Sequence record: OZ556245.1
Length of the DNA stretch: 64,000 nt
From: a phage
Reading direction: 5' to 3' (one strand)
Part shown: piece after piece, positions 8,652 through 18,935 of the stretch
How positions within the stretch are numbered: position 1 is the first letter of the stretch
Layout: the number at the start of each line of letters is the position of its first letter
Made by a program: the position numbers and the translations under genes
The notes under the pieces: generated by a model
What the model was told of the DNA's origin: nothing
Seen by the model: the letters and a program-made list of their open reading frames with translations, nothing else
Database searches by the model: none

Positions 8652-8913
8652 TTAGACTTTCCTTTTTACCGCTGAGATAAGCGTTATATACTTTAAGAGT
8701 GCCGTAATAAATTCGGTCATTTTCATCTAAAGACTCACGGTCAAGTTCATCGAGTTCCTTTTTATCCATGACTATAACATCATTGCAGTAAAGAAACCCA
8801 AGTTTTTCGTGACCAAACTCAAATTTATTGCAGTACACAATATTAGCGTGATGATTTCCGTGTAGATTAATCTCTTTTATGTCGGAATCACCGATATTCA
8901 TACAATAAATCAT
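8584..8913 (-). CDS. Hypothetical protein (start/extent uncertain)
   Basis: 109-aa ORF overlapping the denB 5' end by 68 nt in another frame. Confidence 0.3.
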   Translation of the reverse strand: MIYCMNIGDSDIKEINLHGNHHANIVYCNKFEFGHEKLGFLYCNDVIVMDKKELDELDRESLDENDRIYYGTLKVYNAYLSGKKESLNAENESGFTETISDSDIYPIEQ

Positions 8914-8933
8914 AATTTTTCCTTAAAACAAAA

Positions 8934-8945
8934 GGGCCGAAGCCC
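8934..8945 (-). terminator. GC hairpin with UUCG loop at gene boundary
   Basis: gggc-cgaa-gccc on plus strand, so the minus transcript has a UUCG tetraloop. Confidence 0.35.
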
Positions 8946-8951
8946 CTTATT

Positions 8952-9146
8952 TTATTTGAATTGTGCAATTCTTTTTTCTAAACAATCTGCGTAAGATTTC
9001 ATTGAGATGAATTGTGAAAGCAGTAATTCTTGCTCAACTTCATTAATCATTAGAAACTTTGTGCTTTCTAAAAATTTGCTCAGTGCATTAATTTTGAGCA
9101 TTAATTGATCGTATTCTTCTTTTACTCGTGCTTGATAACCTAACAT
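8952..9146 (-). CDS. Hypothetical protein
   Basis: 64-aa ORF between rIIB and denB. Confidence 0.4.
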   Translation of the reverse strand: MLGYQARVKEEYDQLMLKINALSKFLESTKFLMINEVEQELLLSQFISMKSYADCLEKRIAQFK

Positions 9147-9160
9147 AATTTTCCTTAGTT

Positions 9161-9176
9161 AAGGGCCGAAGCCCTT
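9161..9176 (-). terminator. GC hairpin with UUCG loop overlapping the rIIB stop codon
   Basis: aagggc-cgaa-gccctt, 6-bp stem. Confidence 0.4.
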
Positions 9177-10113
9177 ATTTAAATTGTTCAGTAACGTCTT
9201 CAACTACTTCGTATTGGCAGGTACGCATTTTAGCATCGTTGTAATCAATCGGAATTGATACTACATCACGCGGATGCACTTTAACTTTTACAACTCGACT
9301 GGTTGAACTGCCAAAGTGACGAATATAAGATTTAGAACACACATGCAGACCACGAGAACAAGTTTGTGTATCATCGTCATTCACACGAGTACGTGGCATT
9401 TTAACTACTTTACCAGGACTGTTATCAAAAGTATTTGAATGACAGTCAAAGTAATTGCTGCGAACTACTTTCCAAGCATAGAAGTAGCCATCTTCTGTAA
9501 TTTCAATATCGTTTGCTACCAAGAAATCAAAGAGTCGAGATACCGCTTTTTGGCTTGGGTTTTCCAACAGATTTTCCAAGAACGGAAAATAAAATTCAAA
9601 GTTTTCGCCTTTTTCCATCGAATCGAGAATACGATCAACTAAACCAGACCGCAATTCAATATTTTGATAGAACAAGCTTCCACCTTCAATTCGAACATCA
9701 CCGGAAATATATTTTTCAACGGCGCGACGAACATTAATTTTTTGTGCCGCTTCTTCCAATTTATCTGCAACAAGCAGATTAAGAATTTCCTGGAAGTTTG
9801 AATGAGTATTAGGAGTTGCGTTATAAGTTACACCATCAACAGTAATTGAAATGAATTTTTTAGATGCATTCCAAATAATGTCAGATTTAGCAACTGGAGC
9901 GATAGTTGTATCGCTATTAACTTTAACCGTAATGTCACCGCTAATGGTAACTTTGGAACGCTCAGCTTCTTCAGCATTTTTCAAAACACGACGGATTGTG
10001 TCAACCGATACACCTTGCCAATCAGCCAATTCCTGTTGGGTGTAATTACCACTTGAATACAGTTTGACAATTTCAGCTTGTTCGTTTTTGGTCAGGCATT
10101 TAATATTGTACAT
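9175..10113 (-). CDS. rIIB: rIIB membrane-associated protein
   Basis: 312 aa, T4 rIIB length; immediately downstream of rIIA; ATG verified. Confidence 0.9.
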   Translation of the reverse strand: MYNIKCLTKNEQAEIVKLYSSGNYTQQELADWQGVSVDTIRRVLKNAEEAERSKVTISGDITVKVNSDTTIAPVAKSDIIWNASKKFISITVDGVTYNATPNTHSNFQEILNLLVADKLEEAAQKINVRRAVEKYISGDVRIEGGSLFYQNIELRSGLVDRILDSMEKGENFEFYFPFLENLLENPSQKAVSRLFDFLVANDIEITEDGYFYAWKVVRSNYFDCHSNTFDNSPGKVVKMPRTRVNDDDTQTCSRGLHVCSKSYIRHFGSSTSRVVKVKVHPRDVVSIPIDYNDAKMRTCQYEVVEDVTEQFK

Positions 10114-10124
10114 AATTTTCCTTA

Positions 10125-12302
10125 TTAGGCCGCAAGGGCCTTCATAGTTTTAGCGATTTGGGAAACTTCATCATCACTTAAAGAGTTGCGATAACCGATG
10201 AAGTCGGAAACAATACGGAATTTCTTGGTAAACTCAGCAACCATTTTATCACTGTTTTTTGAAGCATTATTTGATAATACATCAAAAAGATTAGTTACTG
10301 TCCAGATGTCATGACCGATGGTACCTTTTCCACCGTTGAAATATATACCCTGCAATGAACTAACCATATTACCAAGGCGAGTATATTCTTCAGAAACTTC
10401 ATCTACACTGAAGTACTTCATCATAAAATCTAACTCAGGATACTTGATAATTTTATCAATATATCGTTTAGCTGAACTTGAATAACCTACATACTTATCA
10501 TAATCTACAGCATCAAAAGCATCTACATATAAATCACGTAGAGTTTCAAAAATACATTGGCACTGACCGAGTTCTTTTACCTTTTTCTGCAAAAGCGGAC
10601 GAATAACATAAAATTCATTAATGCCAATAAGATTAGCCATACGAGTCAAAATACTCGTAGATGGATGACAAAGCGATGTAGTACCATCCATAGAGAAAAT
10701 ATCAGAACGATGCATGTATGCTACATAACCAGTAATTTCATCTGCTTCTGATGTGAGTGTAAACAGTTCCTCTTTTTCCCAGCGTCCGTCTTTAATTTCA
10801 AACTTAAATGCAGTAGCAGCTTTAGGACGAGGAGCTTTACTTTTAACTACCTTCGGAATATAACTTTTAACTAAAGCTTCAATTTCTGACAAATAATGAA
10901 TGTTAACTTCATCACTTTCAAACATCGCAATAATATCAGGAAGTAAATCAATCTGCGATTCTACTTCCGGGTTAATAAACAGAAGACGCTCATTATGATG
11001 AATATTTAAAGTGTTATTAAATTCACTATCATCTAACGCATGTGCTAATCCACGGACAATATTAACACGATTTTTAATATCATCAATAACGATATTAATT
11101 TTTGTTGTATTAATACCGAACAGACGATAGCTTGATGCAACGGCTGAAGTTTCATGGCTTTGCTTAATGCGTTTCAGTCGAGGGTCAAGATTTACTTCAT
11201 ACACAACCCCTGCATTACATAACTTACTATCAGGTTCAAACATGCTCTGCATCTTCTTATATGACAAATTTTTAGTCGTGAATTTGACTGAATTACTAAT
11301 CATATAATCTCGAGCAGAATACCCCATCTTCATCAATTCGCGATATGTGTGACGAGGAGATGTAGATTCTTTAAATCGTTTTACATCTTCATTAAATGCT
11401 TGCTCACTAAGTTCTTTAACTCGTTCAATAATATTTTTACGAGTACGATCATCCAGTGAAAGAGCCTCGCGAGATGGAGCAATATCAAGTGAACCCATTG
11501 GAAACTTAATGTAATTCACTTCATTACGAATGCTTAGCCAGTTACGCTCTCTAATAACACCATCAATAGGATAAACAATACCGCCATAGATGGCATACAA
11601 TCCACCACGATCAGGCCAATATCTTTCTGGATTTACGCCATAGTAGTCATCAAAATCCGGAAAATAATCAATTTCACGGTCAAGACCATTGATGATAGCC
11701 AAATCTTTGAATGGCCGCATGATATAAGAAACTTCATAAGCAAAGTTTCTAAAGTCTTTTTCTTCAACTGGAACTACGATTTCAATACCAGTTTTATCAT
11801 CTGGGCCCATTTCTTTTACAAATGTAGGTTTAATTTGTGGACCATCGCCATCCATATAAGCTACATAACCACGAATTTCGCCTTTATGATACGAAGTAAT
11901 ACTAAACGTATCAGTATAACTAAATGGAGATTTAGAACCTAAACCAAATCCGCCAATGAAATCGTTGGATTCGGCTTTAGATGAACTGAAGTATGAATTA
12001 TACAGACCAGGAGAATTATCATCACCTTGAATATCAAAATCGCTCATACCCGGACCAAAATCTCGGCAAACAAATCGCGGATCTAATCGTCCTGGAACTT
12101 GAATGATAAATTTTTCATGATTTCCATTGAGAGCATGGGCGTCAATCATGTTGGTAATCAATTCACGGACTACTGCGCGAATCTTGTTTGTATACAAATC
12201 AGATGACAGAATTTTAAATACTTTAGGAGATGCTGTGATGCTAAATGCTTTTGATTTAGAACCATTACCAAGAATTGTTTCTTTTTCAGTGGTGATAATC
12301 AT
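10125..12302 (-). CDS. rIIA: rIIA protein
   Basis: 725 aa, T4 rIIA length; ATG verified; synteny rIIA-rIIB-denB. Confidence 0.9.
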   Translation of the reverse strand: MIITTEKETILGNGSKSKAFSITASPKVFKILSSDLYTNKIRAVVRELITNMIDAHALNGNHEKFIIQVPGRLDPRFVCRDFGPGMSDFDIQGDDNSPGLYNSYFSSSKAESNDFIGGFGLGSKSPFSYTDTFSITSYHKGEIRGYVAYMDGDGPQIKPTFVKEMGPDDKTGIEIVVPVEEKDFRNFAYEVSYIMRPFKDLAIINGLDREIDYFPDFDDYYGVNPERYWPDRGGLYAIYGGIVYPIDGVIRERNWLSIRNEVNYIKFPMGSLDIAPSREALSLDDRTRKNIIERVKELSEQAFNEDVKRFKESTSPRHTYRELMKMGYSARDYMISNSVKFTTKNLSYKKMQSMFEPDSKLCNAGVVYEVNLDPRLKRIKQSHETSAVASSYRLFGINTTKINIVIDDIKNRVNIVRGLAHALDDSEFNNTLNIHHNERLLFINPEVESQIDLLPDIIAMFESDEVNIHYLSEIEALVKSYIPKVVKSKAPRPKAATAFKFEIKDGRWEKEELFTLTSEADEITGYVAYMHRSDIFSMDGTTSLCHPSTSILTRMANLIGINEFYVIRPLLQKKVKELGQCQCIFETLRDLYVDAFDAVDYDKYVGYSSSAKRYIDKIIKYPELDFMMKYFSVDEVSEEYTRLGNMVSSLQGIYFNGGKGTIGHDIWTVTNLFDVLSNNASKNSDKMVAEFTKKFRIVSDFIGYRNSLSDDEVSQIAKTMKALAA
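10127..10141 (-). terminator. GC hairpin at rIIA-rIIB junction
   Basis: aggcc-gcaag-ggcct immediately after the rIIA stop. Confidence 0.35.
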
Positions 12303-12312
12303 AATTTCCTCA

Positions 12313-12516
12313 TTAATTCATATTGCGTTTAATAACTTCAGCAACTTCTAGTAGTTCATCTTTAGTTGCGGTGTCGGATTGAATTTTATCTCTAATATCC
12401 TTAAAGCGGTTTTTAAACTCTTCGGCTTCTCCCATATCGAAAAAGCGTTGAATGATTCTATATTCTCGATGAACTGCTTTATCAAAAAGTTCTAAATTTA
12501 CTTTATATGATTTCAT
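12313..12516 (-). CDS. Hypothetical protein (rIIA.1-like)
   Basis: 67-aa ORF between gene 39 and rIIA. Confidence 0.45.
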   Translation of the reverse strand: MKSYKVNLELFDKAVHREYRIIQRFFDMGEAEEFKNRFKDIRDKIQSDTATKDELLEVAEVIKRNMN

Positions 12517-12541
12517 TTCAATATCCTCATTTGCCCAATTA

Positions 12542-12571
12542 ATTATACCACATCCTTGTGGTAAAGTAAAC
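12542..12571 (-). promoter_or_regulatory. T4-type early promoter overlapping the gene 39 stop codon
   Basis: Minus strand AGTTTAC - spacer - TATAAT (consensus -10). Confidence 0.6.
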
Positions 12572-14388
12572 TATTGGCTCATCCATTCTTTACGAAGGTC
12601 AGCATTATCTCCCATGAGCATTTCAAAAAGCTCTTTCCAGTTCTCAGGAAGTTTAACAACATCATATACTGGGTTTTGAATCATCTCACGGTATTCAGAT
12701 TTTTCCAAAGAGCCAAGTCCCTTAATATAACGGATGCTATGTTTAGGTAGAGCATCTTTGGCACTCTCATATTCAGCGACTGTATAAAACCATTCTTGTT
12801 TTTTACCGACCTGAGCGATGATTACAGGAGTTTTGACGAAGCGAATTCTTCCTTGTTCAAACAGTTCTGGCCAATTACTAAAAAATCCGAGCAGAGAAGG
12901 ATAAATGCTTCCTAGACCATCATGGTCGGCATCGGTCATAATTGCAATATTATGATAATTCAAGTTTTCAGCCTTTTCACCAAGAACTAATCCAGTGATT
13001 GCGCAAATATCAAACAGTTCTTTGTTTTTAAGCATATCAGCATATGACATACCCCAGCTGTTAAGAACTTTACCGCGTAATGGATAACCACCATGAAGTT
13101 CTTTATCACGAACATCAATAAGATATCCGATAGCCGAATCACCCTCAGTCAAGAAAAGAGTAGTGTCAGCATCTTTACCACAAAGATTCGCTTTAATATG
13201 TTTATGAACCTTAGCTTTAGAAGCCTTTTTAGCTGCTTTAGTTTCTGCTGCCTTTTCTGCAGCCAATTTACGAGCCAAAGCAGCTTCAATAATTGGCATT
13301 AAAATTGCTTCATTGTTTAAAATAGCGCGTGAAATCTTTTTAGCATCAAGCTGAATATGACTACGAATTTCACCAAATGGAGAAGTCAAACGCTCTTTAG
13401 TTTGAGAATCAAATCGCATGTTTTTCATATCACGAACAAACATGACGATAGTCAAACATTCTTTAACACGTGCTTTAGTTACATCAATTTTGAACTTGCG
13501 TTTGATTTGTGGAATAAGGTCTTCACAAATATCATCCATAACACAGTCAATGTGATGACCACCATTCTTAGTATGAATGTTATTAACGTATGTTAATTGA
13601 CGAAAACCATCCGGTGAACGACCAACCGCAATAGAACAATTTTCTTGTTCTTGAACAATAGCATGCTCATCATATTGGCGTGCGTATTTCTTAAAATTAC
13701 CCTGAACCTTTTTACCATTAAAGGTAAATTGAATATCAGGATAAACTACTGCAAGTGTCTGGAGACGATCTAGTGTAATGTCAAGATAAACTTGAGATAG
13801 CTCATTAGTTTCAAATGACATAAAATCAGGAATGAAAGTAACACGTGTTCCTTTCCATTTTCCAGGAATATCTTCCCATGATTTATTTTCCATGCCATTT
13901 GAACAACGAACTACAATATTATTTTGACCGTCGCCAGTTTCACCGATAAACATCACAGAAAAAATGTTAGTTAAACTAGAACCAACACCGTTCATACCGC
14001 CAGTGACGCGTTCTTTGTCATCACCAAAGTTACCACCTGCTTTTGGAATAGTCCAGGCAGCAACAGGACCAGGAATTTCTTCACCAGTAGGTGTTTTAAC
14101 CATCGCTTGTGGAATACCACGACCGTTATCTTCAACTGTTACTTGATTGTTTTTGATAGTAACATTAATTTTATTCGCGAATTTAAACTTAGTACGAATA
14201 CCTTCATCTACCGAGTTATCGATAATTTCATCAATAAGCTTAACAAGACCAGGTACATACTGAACACTTTCCCATTTACCAAACAGAAAGCGCTCATGCA
14301 TTTCATTAGCGGAAGAGCCAATGTACATGCCGCTACGCTTTTTGATATGTTCAATATCGCTCAGAATTTTAATTTCATTCTTAATCAT
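12571..14388 (-). CDS. 39: DNA topoisomerase II large subunit gp39 (GyrB-like ATPase plus Toprim), unsplit 39/60 form
   Basis: ORF-track start is GTG; ATG at 14388 gives 605 aa MIKNEIKIL...; motifs GMYIGS, EIIDNSVDE, Toprim LFLTEGDSA; continuous frame with no gap. Confidence 0.9.
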   Translation of the reverse strand: MIKNEIKILSDIEHIKKRSGMYIGSSANEMHERFLFGKWESVQYVPGLVKLIDEIIDNSVDEGIRTKFKFANKINVTIKNNQVTVEDNGRGIPQAMVKTPTGEEIPGPVAAWTIPKAGGNFGDDKERVTGGMNGVGSSLTNIFSVMFIGETGDGQNNIVVRCSNGMENKSWEDIPGKWKGTRVTFIPDFMSFETNELSQVYLDITLDRLQTLAVVYPDIQFTFNGKKVQGNFKKYARQYDEHAIVQEQENCSIAVGRSPDGFRQLTYVNNIHTKNGGHHIDCVMDDICEDLIPQIKRKFKIDVTKARVKECLTIVMFVRDMKNMRFDSQTKERLTSPFGEIRSHIQLDAKKISRAILNNEAILMPIIEAALARKLAAEKAAETKAAKKASKAKVHKHIKANLCGKDADTTLFLTEGDSAIGYLIDVRDKELHGGYPLRGKVLNSWGMSYADMLKNKELFDICAITGLVLGEKAENLNYHNIAIMTDADHDGLGSIYPSLLGFFSNWPELFEQGRIRFVKTPVIIAQVGKKQEWFYTVAEYESAKDALPKHSIRYIKGLGSLEKSEYREMIQNPVYDVVKLPENWKELFEMLMGDNADLRKEWMSQ

Positions 14389-14442
14389 CACTTATCCTCG
14401 TTTGGTTTCGGGAATATTATACTCCGGTAATCATAAAGCTAA

Positions 14443-14456
14443 AGGCCCGAAGGCCT
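14443..14456 (-). terminator. GC hairpin with UUCG loop
   Basis: aggcc-cgaa-ggcct immediately after the stop of the 14458-14727 gene. Confidence 0.35.
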
Positions 14457-14457
14457 T

Positions 14458-14727
14458 TTATTTAAAACGGATAGTCGAATCCTTGAAGAATAGACCAGAA
14501 CACACGGTTCCTTCTACTTTCTGCCCAGTAGGTCCAATAGCACGAAATCCAGTATGTTGAAAATCATTTTCAGAGCAACCGAACCAGTTGTATCCAGTGA
14601 TTTCAATATTAGTAAAACCACTTGAAGACAAAACTTTGGTTGCATTATCAGCATCAGTACATCCTGCTAAAGACACTGCTAATACTAATGCTGCGATAGA
14701 ACGATTAATATATTTCATAGTTTTCAC
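14458..14727 (-). CDS. Putative lipoprotein
   Basis: Signal peptide with lipobox LAGC (MKTMKYINRSIAALVLAVSLAGCTD). Confidence 0.5.
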   Translation of the reverse strand: MKTMKYINRSIAALVLAVSLAGCTDADNATKVLSSSGFTNIEITGYNWFGCSENDFQHTGFRAIGPTGQKVEGTVCSGLFFKDSTIRFK

Positions 14728-15101
14728 TTAAATTTAATGGCTTGAAGGAGACTAATAATTCTCAAGCGACTTCTTTCATCTTTAACTGTAAATGAAAGAG
14801 GGTCACCAGATTTCATAGTGATAGTGCATTCAAAATCAAAACCTTCGGGGACTTCTTCGAATAGGTCAAATTCTTCATCATATATTAGAACATTACTCTG
14901 AAAACTGTGAAGAATTTTTCCATCATTTCCAGATGCTGTACTAATCATTGTAACATTATGGCCTTTCATATCTTCAACGATAAATTCGCTTGTAGATATT
15001 ACGGCATTAATAGAACCATTCCTATAAATAGAAGAAAGTAGATATTTCTTTTCTTCACCTTCGCGAACACGATATTTCTTACCGATTTTAAACATAATCA
15101 C
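14724..15101 (-). CDS. Hypothetical protein
   Basis: 125-aa ORF. Confidence 0.4.
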   Translation of the reverse strand: MIMFKIGKKYRVREGEEKKYLLSSIYRNGSINAVISTSEFIVEDMKGHNVTMISTASGNDGKILHSFQSNVLIYDEEFDLFEEVPEGFDFECTITMKSGDPLSFTVKDERSRLRIISLLQAIKFK

Positions 15102-15274
15102 CCTTTAAGTAAGTCGTAAAAACCACCATTCACATGCTTAGGAGCAGAAGGCCGACGAGTAGACAGACGATGACATTTAGGGCAAACATCATTTTCTCGT
15201 TCAGAAATCTTTTTAATTTTTTCATATTCATGCCCACAATCTTCGGATTGGCATTTATAATCATACATTGGCAT
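15098..15274 (-). CDS. Small zinc-ribbon protein
   Basis: 58 codons by hand translation: MPMYDYKCQSEDCGHEYEKIKKISERENDVCPKCHRL..., i.e. CxxxxC...CxxC. Confidence 0.4.
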   Translation of the reverse strand: MPMYDYKCQSEDCGHEYEKIKKISERENDVCPKCHRLSTRRPSAPKHVNGGFYDLLKG

Positions 15275-15276
15275 AA

Positions 15277-15696
15277 TTATTCCTTAAAGTGTGCTTTCAA
15301 CATCTGATACAAGGACCATGCCTGTTCATTATTTTCAATAGTGACTTTCATTACCGGGAATTCTGTGAAATCTTCTATTTGTTCTTGCTCTTCCTGCTCT
15401 TGTTCTTCAGCAGCCTGATATGGATTTTCCACTTCATCAAAGAATTCAGCTTCATTCGATGAAAGCCAAATAAAATCTTCATCCAAAATATCTTTACCAG
15501 AAGATAGTACTAAATTTCCAGCAAATGACATAATTTTAATAGGACGCCCAAGAGCATCCACATCTAAAATTTTAAAAGGATGCATACCTAAACGCCGCGC
15601 ATAGATTCCGTTATCAGTATGGTCTTTAATAAAATTTTCTTGAGCTTGTTTATTTTTAAATTGATACCATTTATTAACTTCAAATTTAATAGCCAT
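15277..15696 (-). CDS. Hypothetical acidic protein (goF-like position)
   Basis: 139 aa with acidic tract [10 protein letters not shown]. Confidence 0.4.
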   Translation of the reverse strand: MAIKFEVNKWYQFKNKQAQENFIKDHTDNGIYARRLGMHPFKILDVDALGRPIKIMSFAGNLVLSSGKDILDEDFIWLSSNEAEFFDEVENPYQAAEEQEQEEQEQIEDFTEFPVMKVTIENNEQAWSLYQMLKAHFKE

Positions 15697-15911
15697 TAAT
15701 AAATTTCCTTCCAGTAAGTTGTACCGTCTTCAGTGATTTCACGAAATACACCGTAAATTGGTTGTTTATCCCCAACCTTTTCATACACATAAACCGAAGT
15801 CAAGTGAGTAAACTTAGCAGTGTGTTCCTTTTGAACTACTACCAAATCTGGATCGAATAACACATCTTCAAATTCGTCATTAGTGCAGTTCTGAACAATT
15901 TTACGTTTCAT
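15696..15911 (-). CDS. Hypothetical protein (cef-like position)
   Basis: 71-aa ORF. Confidence 0.35.
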   Translation of the reverse strand: MKRKIVQNCTNDEFEDVLFDPDLVVVQKEHTAKFTHLTSVYVYEKVGDKQPIYGVFREITEDGTTYWKEIY

Positions 15912-16082
15912 TACAATTTCCTCATTAATTGAACATTGGAGCGATGCGTTTCAGAAGAGTAGCAGCACCTTTGGCAAATTTTCCATTTTATTCTCCAAGT
16001 TATTTTCTGTATCAGTAGTTGATATTGATATAGTACCATAATCAACTACTGATGTATATAGTTTTATGAAAAATTTTAAACT

Positions 16083-16574
16083 TTATGCATAGCGAGCTTT
16101 GCTATAGTGTTTAATCCAACTTTCAGGAATGACTTTGTATGTTCCTAAAAATACCACATTGTACAACTTAACGCCATCTTCTACCCATTGATCTGTAATG
16201 TATGCACACATAGCGCGAGTACGATGAGGAAGTGGTTGTCCACCTTCAGTAAATTCAAACTCATAAGGAGCAACGAACTTAATAGCTTGACCGAGTTTCC
16301 ACTTAAAGTCTACACCTACATGCGAAGTATCAATCGTTTCAATTCCTTTAGCAGGAACAGCTTTCAAAAACGCAGATTCAAGAAATTTCGCGCGAACATA
16401 ACCAAACTGAGGTTTAGACTTTCCATCTTTAGGAATGATACGAACTTTTACTTCAGAATCTTCATCTTTAACACCATGCTTAAGCTGAATGCTTACAATT
16501 TCGACCAATTTTCCTGCTGCTTTAGAACGGGATTTATCAGATACACGAGCTAATTCACCAATATTAATAATCAT
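16083..16574 (-). CDS. motB: MotB-like early protein
   Basis: 163 aa; position between gene 39 region and dexA matches T4 motB; ATG verified. Confidence 0.5.
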   Translation of the reverse strand: MIINIGELARVSDKSRSKAAGKLVEIVSIQLKHGVKDEDSEVKVRIIPKDGKSKPQFGYVRAKFLESAFLKAVPAKGIETIDTSHVGVDFKWKLGQAIKFVAPYEFEFTEGGQPLPHRTRAMCAYITDQWVEDGVKLYNVVFLGTYKVIPESWIKHYSKARYA

Positions 16575-16650
16575 AGTTATCTCTCACTTGTTAAAAAGAT
16601 TTTATACTCCGCGGGACCATTATACTCTGGTCCCAAGAGTTTGTAAACTA

Positions 16651-17190
16651 TTAATTCAAAATAGCTACCACCGCACTACGAGGTACTACACTAAAATCAC
16701 CTGCATGAACAACGTTCAGAAGTTCAACACCATCTTCAATCCACTGGTCTGTTACCCAACCACAGACCGAAACAAATGGGGTCTTGATAGCTACAGCACA
16801 AGTCAAAAGGTCAGTAGGATCGCATTCTTGAAAGAGGATAAGCTCTGCTTCAAAGACTATAGTTTTAATTACTTCATCATTATCTAAGCGTTGTGCTCGA
16901 ATCACATAAGCTTTATTCTTATCATGCCAATTACTTTTTGAAAAACTTTTAACCACAAACTCGCCTTCACCAAAAACACTAGTCAATGCTTTATAACCCA
17001 AACTTAGTTCAGTAGTTTTAATTTCAGTTTCAACCAGTTTGTAGGTTTTGCCGATTTCAATAGCGGTAGTCATAGTAGGTTCCTTAATTTCTAGTGGTTT
17101 AACAGGGCATACATAAGTGCTTACAACATCAAAATCAATCAGTTTAGCTACCGGATTTGGTGTGTATTCAGGATTATAATTAAATTTCAT
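16651..17190 (-). CDS. Paralog of the MotB-like protein
   Basis: 179 aa; C-terminal block VCGWVTDQWIEDGVELLNVVHAG aligns with CAYITDQWVEDGVKLYNVVFLG of the adjacent gene. Confidence 0.45.
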   Translation of the reverse strand: MKFNYNPEYTPNPVAKLIDFDVVSTYVCPVKPLEIKEPTMTTAIEIGKTYKLVETEIKTTELSLGYKALTSVFGEGEFVVKSFSKSNWHDKNKAYVIRAQRLDNDEVIKTIVFEAELILFQECDPTDLLTCAVAIKTPFVSVCGWVTDQWIEDGVELLNVVHAGDFSVVPRSAVVAILN

Positions 17191-17192
17191 AA

Positions 17193-17693
17193 TTATCTCA
17201 TTTCAATAAAATCTATAAGTTCAGCATGGGATTTACGGAACATTACTTGATGTCCGCCAATGATAACTTGGTCATCTGGCACTTCGTATACAGCAAGATA
17301 AAATCCTTTAGAAGATAATTCTTCACGCTCTTCTCGTGTGAACCATCTCATCATATCATATTCACTAGCGAAAGCAAAATGATAAAGAGCTATAAACCAT
17401 CCTGGAATATGATATTCTACTCCAACATAATCTTTCTTGAACTTAGTATTAATTACTATATTAGCGTTTTTAACTAATAGTTTATCTTCATGTGGTACAG
17501 GAATTCTTTTATTATCATCGCTATGATGCATAAAATTAGGTCTACTATAACCTACACGTAATAGCCACTCTTCGCTCCATGAATCTATTATACTCCTGTA
17601 CGGCGTTATTTGAACACAAAGATTTCGACGTATTGTTATAGCATCTTCATAATCAAGAATACTAAACGATGATTCAACACGATAAATTTTCAT
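17193..17693 (-). CDS. Hypothetical protein
   Basis: Trimmed to the ATG (MKIYRVESS...) downstream of the promoter at 17719-17750; RBS cctc. Confidence 0.4.
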   Translation of the reverse strand: MKIYRVESSFSILDYEDAITIRRNLCVQITPYRSIIDSWSEEWLLRVGYSRPNFMHHSDDNKRIPVPHEDKLLVKNANIVINTKFKKDYVGVEYHIPGWFIALYHFAFASEYDMMRWFTREEREELSSKGFYLAVYEVPDDQVIIGGHQVMFRKSHAELIDFIEMR

Positions 17694-17718
17694 TTTATTA
17701 TCCTCAGTAGCTATGGTG

Positions 17719-17750
17719 TTATAATACCACAACTAACCGAGGAAGTAAAC
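17719..17750 (-). promoter_or_regulatory. T4-type early promoter
   Basis: Minus strand GTTTAC - spacer - TATTATAA. Confidence 0.6.
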
Positions 17751-17756
17751 AACTTT

Positions 17757-18440
17757 TTATCGTTTTGTTGGAAGAGACAGAGGATCGCACTCTTCCTCTG
17801 ACGGAGCATCTTCAAGACCCATAGCATATCGCAAAGCATACTTCATCATCAGGATGTCTTTCGCACAGTCATGAATAGAATCATGCGCAACGAATCCGTC
17901 TAAAGTTCCCTTTGGAAGAGGACATGTAGTCATATCACGAACAAGCAGAAGTGCTTCAATTCTGGTACGAATATCACGCTGATTCCAGAATTTACATGGT
18001 TCTAACTTAAATGTATCAAGCTCATTCTCAGAAACGCCGTTAAAACGTTGAATATCACGAATGAGATCGACTAAAATTGGAAAATCAAACGACATTCCAC
18101 GGCACCAGCCTTGAGATTTCCAAGGATCAATGTTATGTGCATTGATGTAATCATTAAATTTTGCAATACCGTCGATAGTGCTTACATCTTCATCTGATGG
18201 CGCAATATTTTTTCGAGCTTCAGGAGATTGATTTTTCCACCATTCGATAGTGCTTTTAGTAAAAAGACGATGTCCTTTTTGGCTTTTTAAATCAAACTTG
18301 ATTTTAATGCCGCGTGAAACTAATTCATCAAATGTTTCAACTACTTCTGGGTTAGGATCAAAGGCAATAACAGCTAAGTCAATAACAGCTGCTTTTTCAC
18401 CGCTTCCCATTGTTTCAAAATCTATAATAAAATCAAACAT
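17757..18440 (-). CDS. dexA: Exonuclease A DexA (DnaQ-like 3'-5' exonuclease)
   Basis: 227 aa, T4 DexA length; Exo I motif FDFIIDFETMG. Confidence 0.8.
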   Translation of the reverse strand: MFDFIIDFETMGSGEKAAVIDLAVIAFDPNPEVVETFDELVSRGIKIKFDLKSQKGHRLFTKSTIEWWKNQSPEARKNIAPSDEDVSTIDGIAKFNDYINAHNIDPWKSQGWCRGMSFDFPILVDLIRDIQRFNGVSENELDTFKLEPCKFWNQRDIRTRIEALLLVRDMTTCPLPKGTLDGFVAHDSIHDCAKDILMMKYALRYAMGLEDAPSEEECDPLSLPTKR

Positions 18441-18715
18441 TAAATTTTCCTCGCTAAATCGCGAATTTGACCTACAGTATAATCTTGGATATAAACTTTA
18501 TTAACGGGCTCATCAATAAATTTTGCCATAGATTCAATATCTTTTTGTATCTCTTCAAGACTGTATACTATCTTTAAAGCTTTTTCGCGAATAGTAACAT
18601 TATCAGGTCCTGGATTTTCTTGAATGACAGCTTTAACATTTGCCATAAGAGATTTAAACTGATGCAAACTCAATTCAATCATTAATAACCGCCTTATAAA
18701 GATGGCTAATTTCAC
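18440..18715 (-). CDS. Hypothetical protein
   Basis: 91-aa ORF. Confidence 0.35.
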   Translation of the reverse strand: MKLAIFIRRLLMIELSLHQFKSLMANVKAVIQENPGPDNVTIREKALKIVYSLEEIQKDIESMAKFIDEPVNKVYIQDYTVGQIRDLARKI

Positions 18716-18935
18716 CTAAAATATAATCACTGATTGTAACAGTTTTCACTTCACCGCAAAAGAATTCTAACGCAATCAAATCTCGTTCAATTTCTTCCAA
18801 TTGAAGCATTAACTTGCCTGATTCAATTTTTACATTTGTACGATTTTTACTATAAGCTATTTCATAAATTTCGCTCACTTTATCTTGAAGCAGATAAAAC
18901 TGGTCTTTAGTTATTTCCACGAATAGCTTCCTCAA
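18675..18935 (-). CDS. Hypothetical protein
   Basis: 86-aa ORF; start uncertain. Confidence 0.35.
   Translation of the reverse strand: MRKLFVEITKDQFYLLQDKVSEIYEIAYSKNRTNVKIESGKLMLQLEEIERDLIALEFFCGEVKTVTISDYILGEISHLYKAVIND

Noticed and set aside
12571-14391. Translational bypass (gene 60 hop) in the topoisomerase gene
   Set aside because: The frame is continuous to the stop; there is no in-frame stop followed by a 50-nt gap and resumed frame.
13093-14560. Plus-strand ORFs (13093-13302, 13357-13596, 13964-14146, 14107-14430, 14321-14560) opposite gene 39
   Set aside because: All lie antisense to the topoisomerase gene and translate to Ser/Phe/Leu-rich low-complexity peptides.
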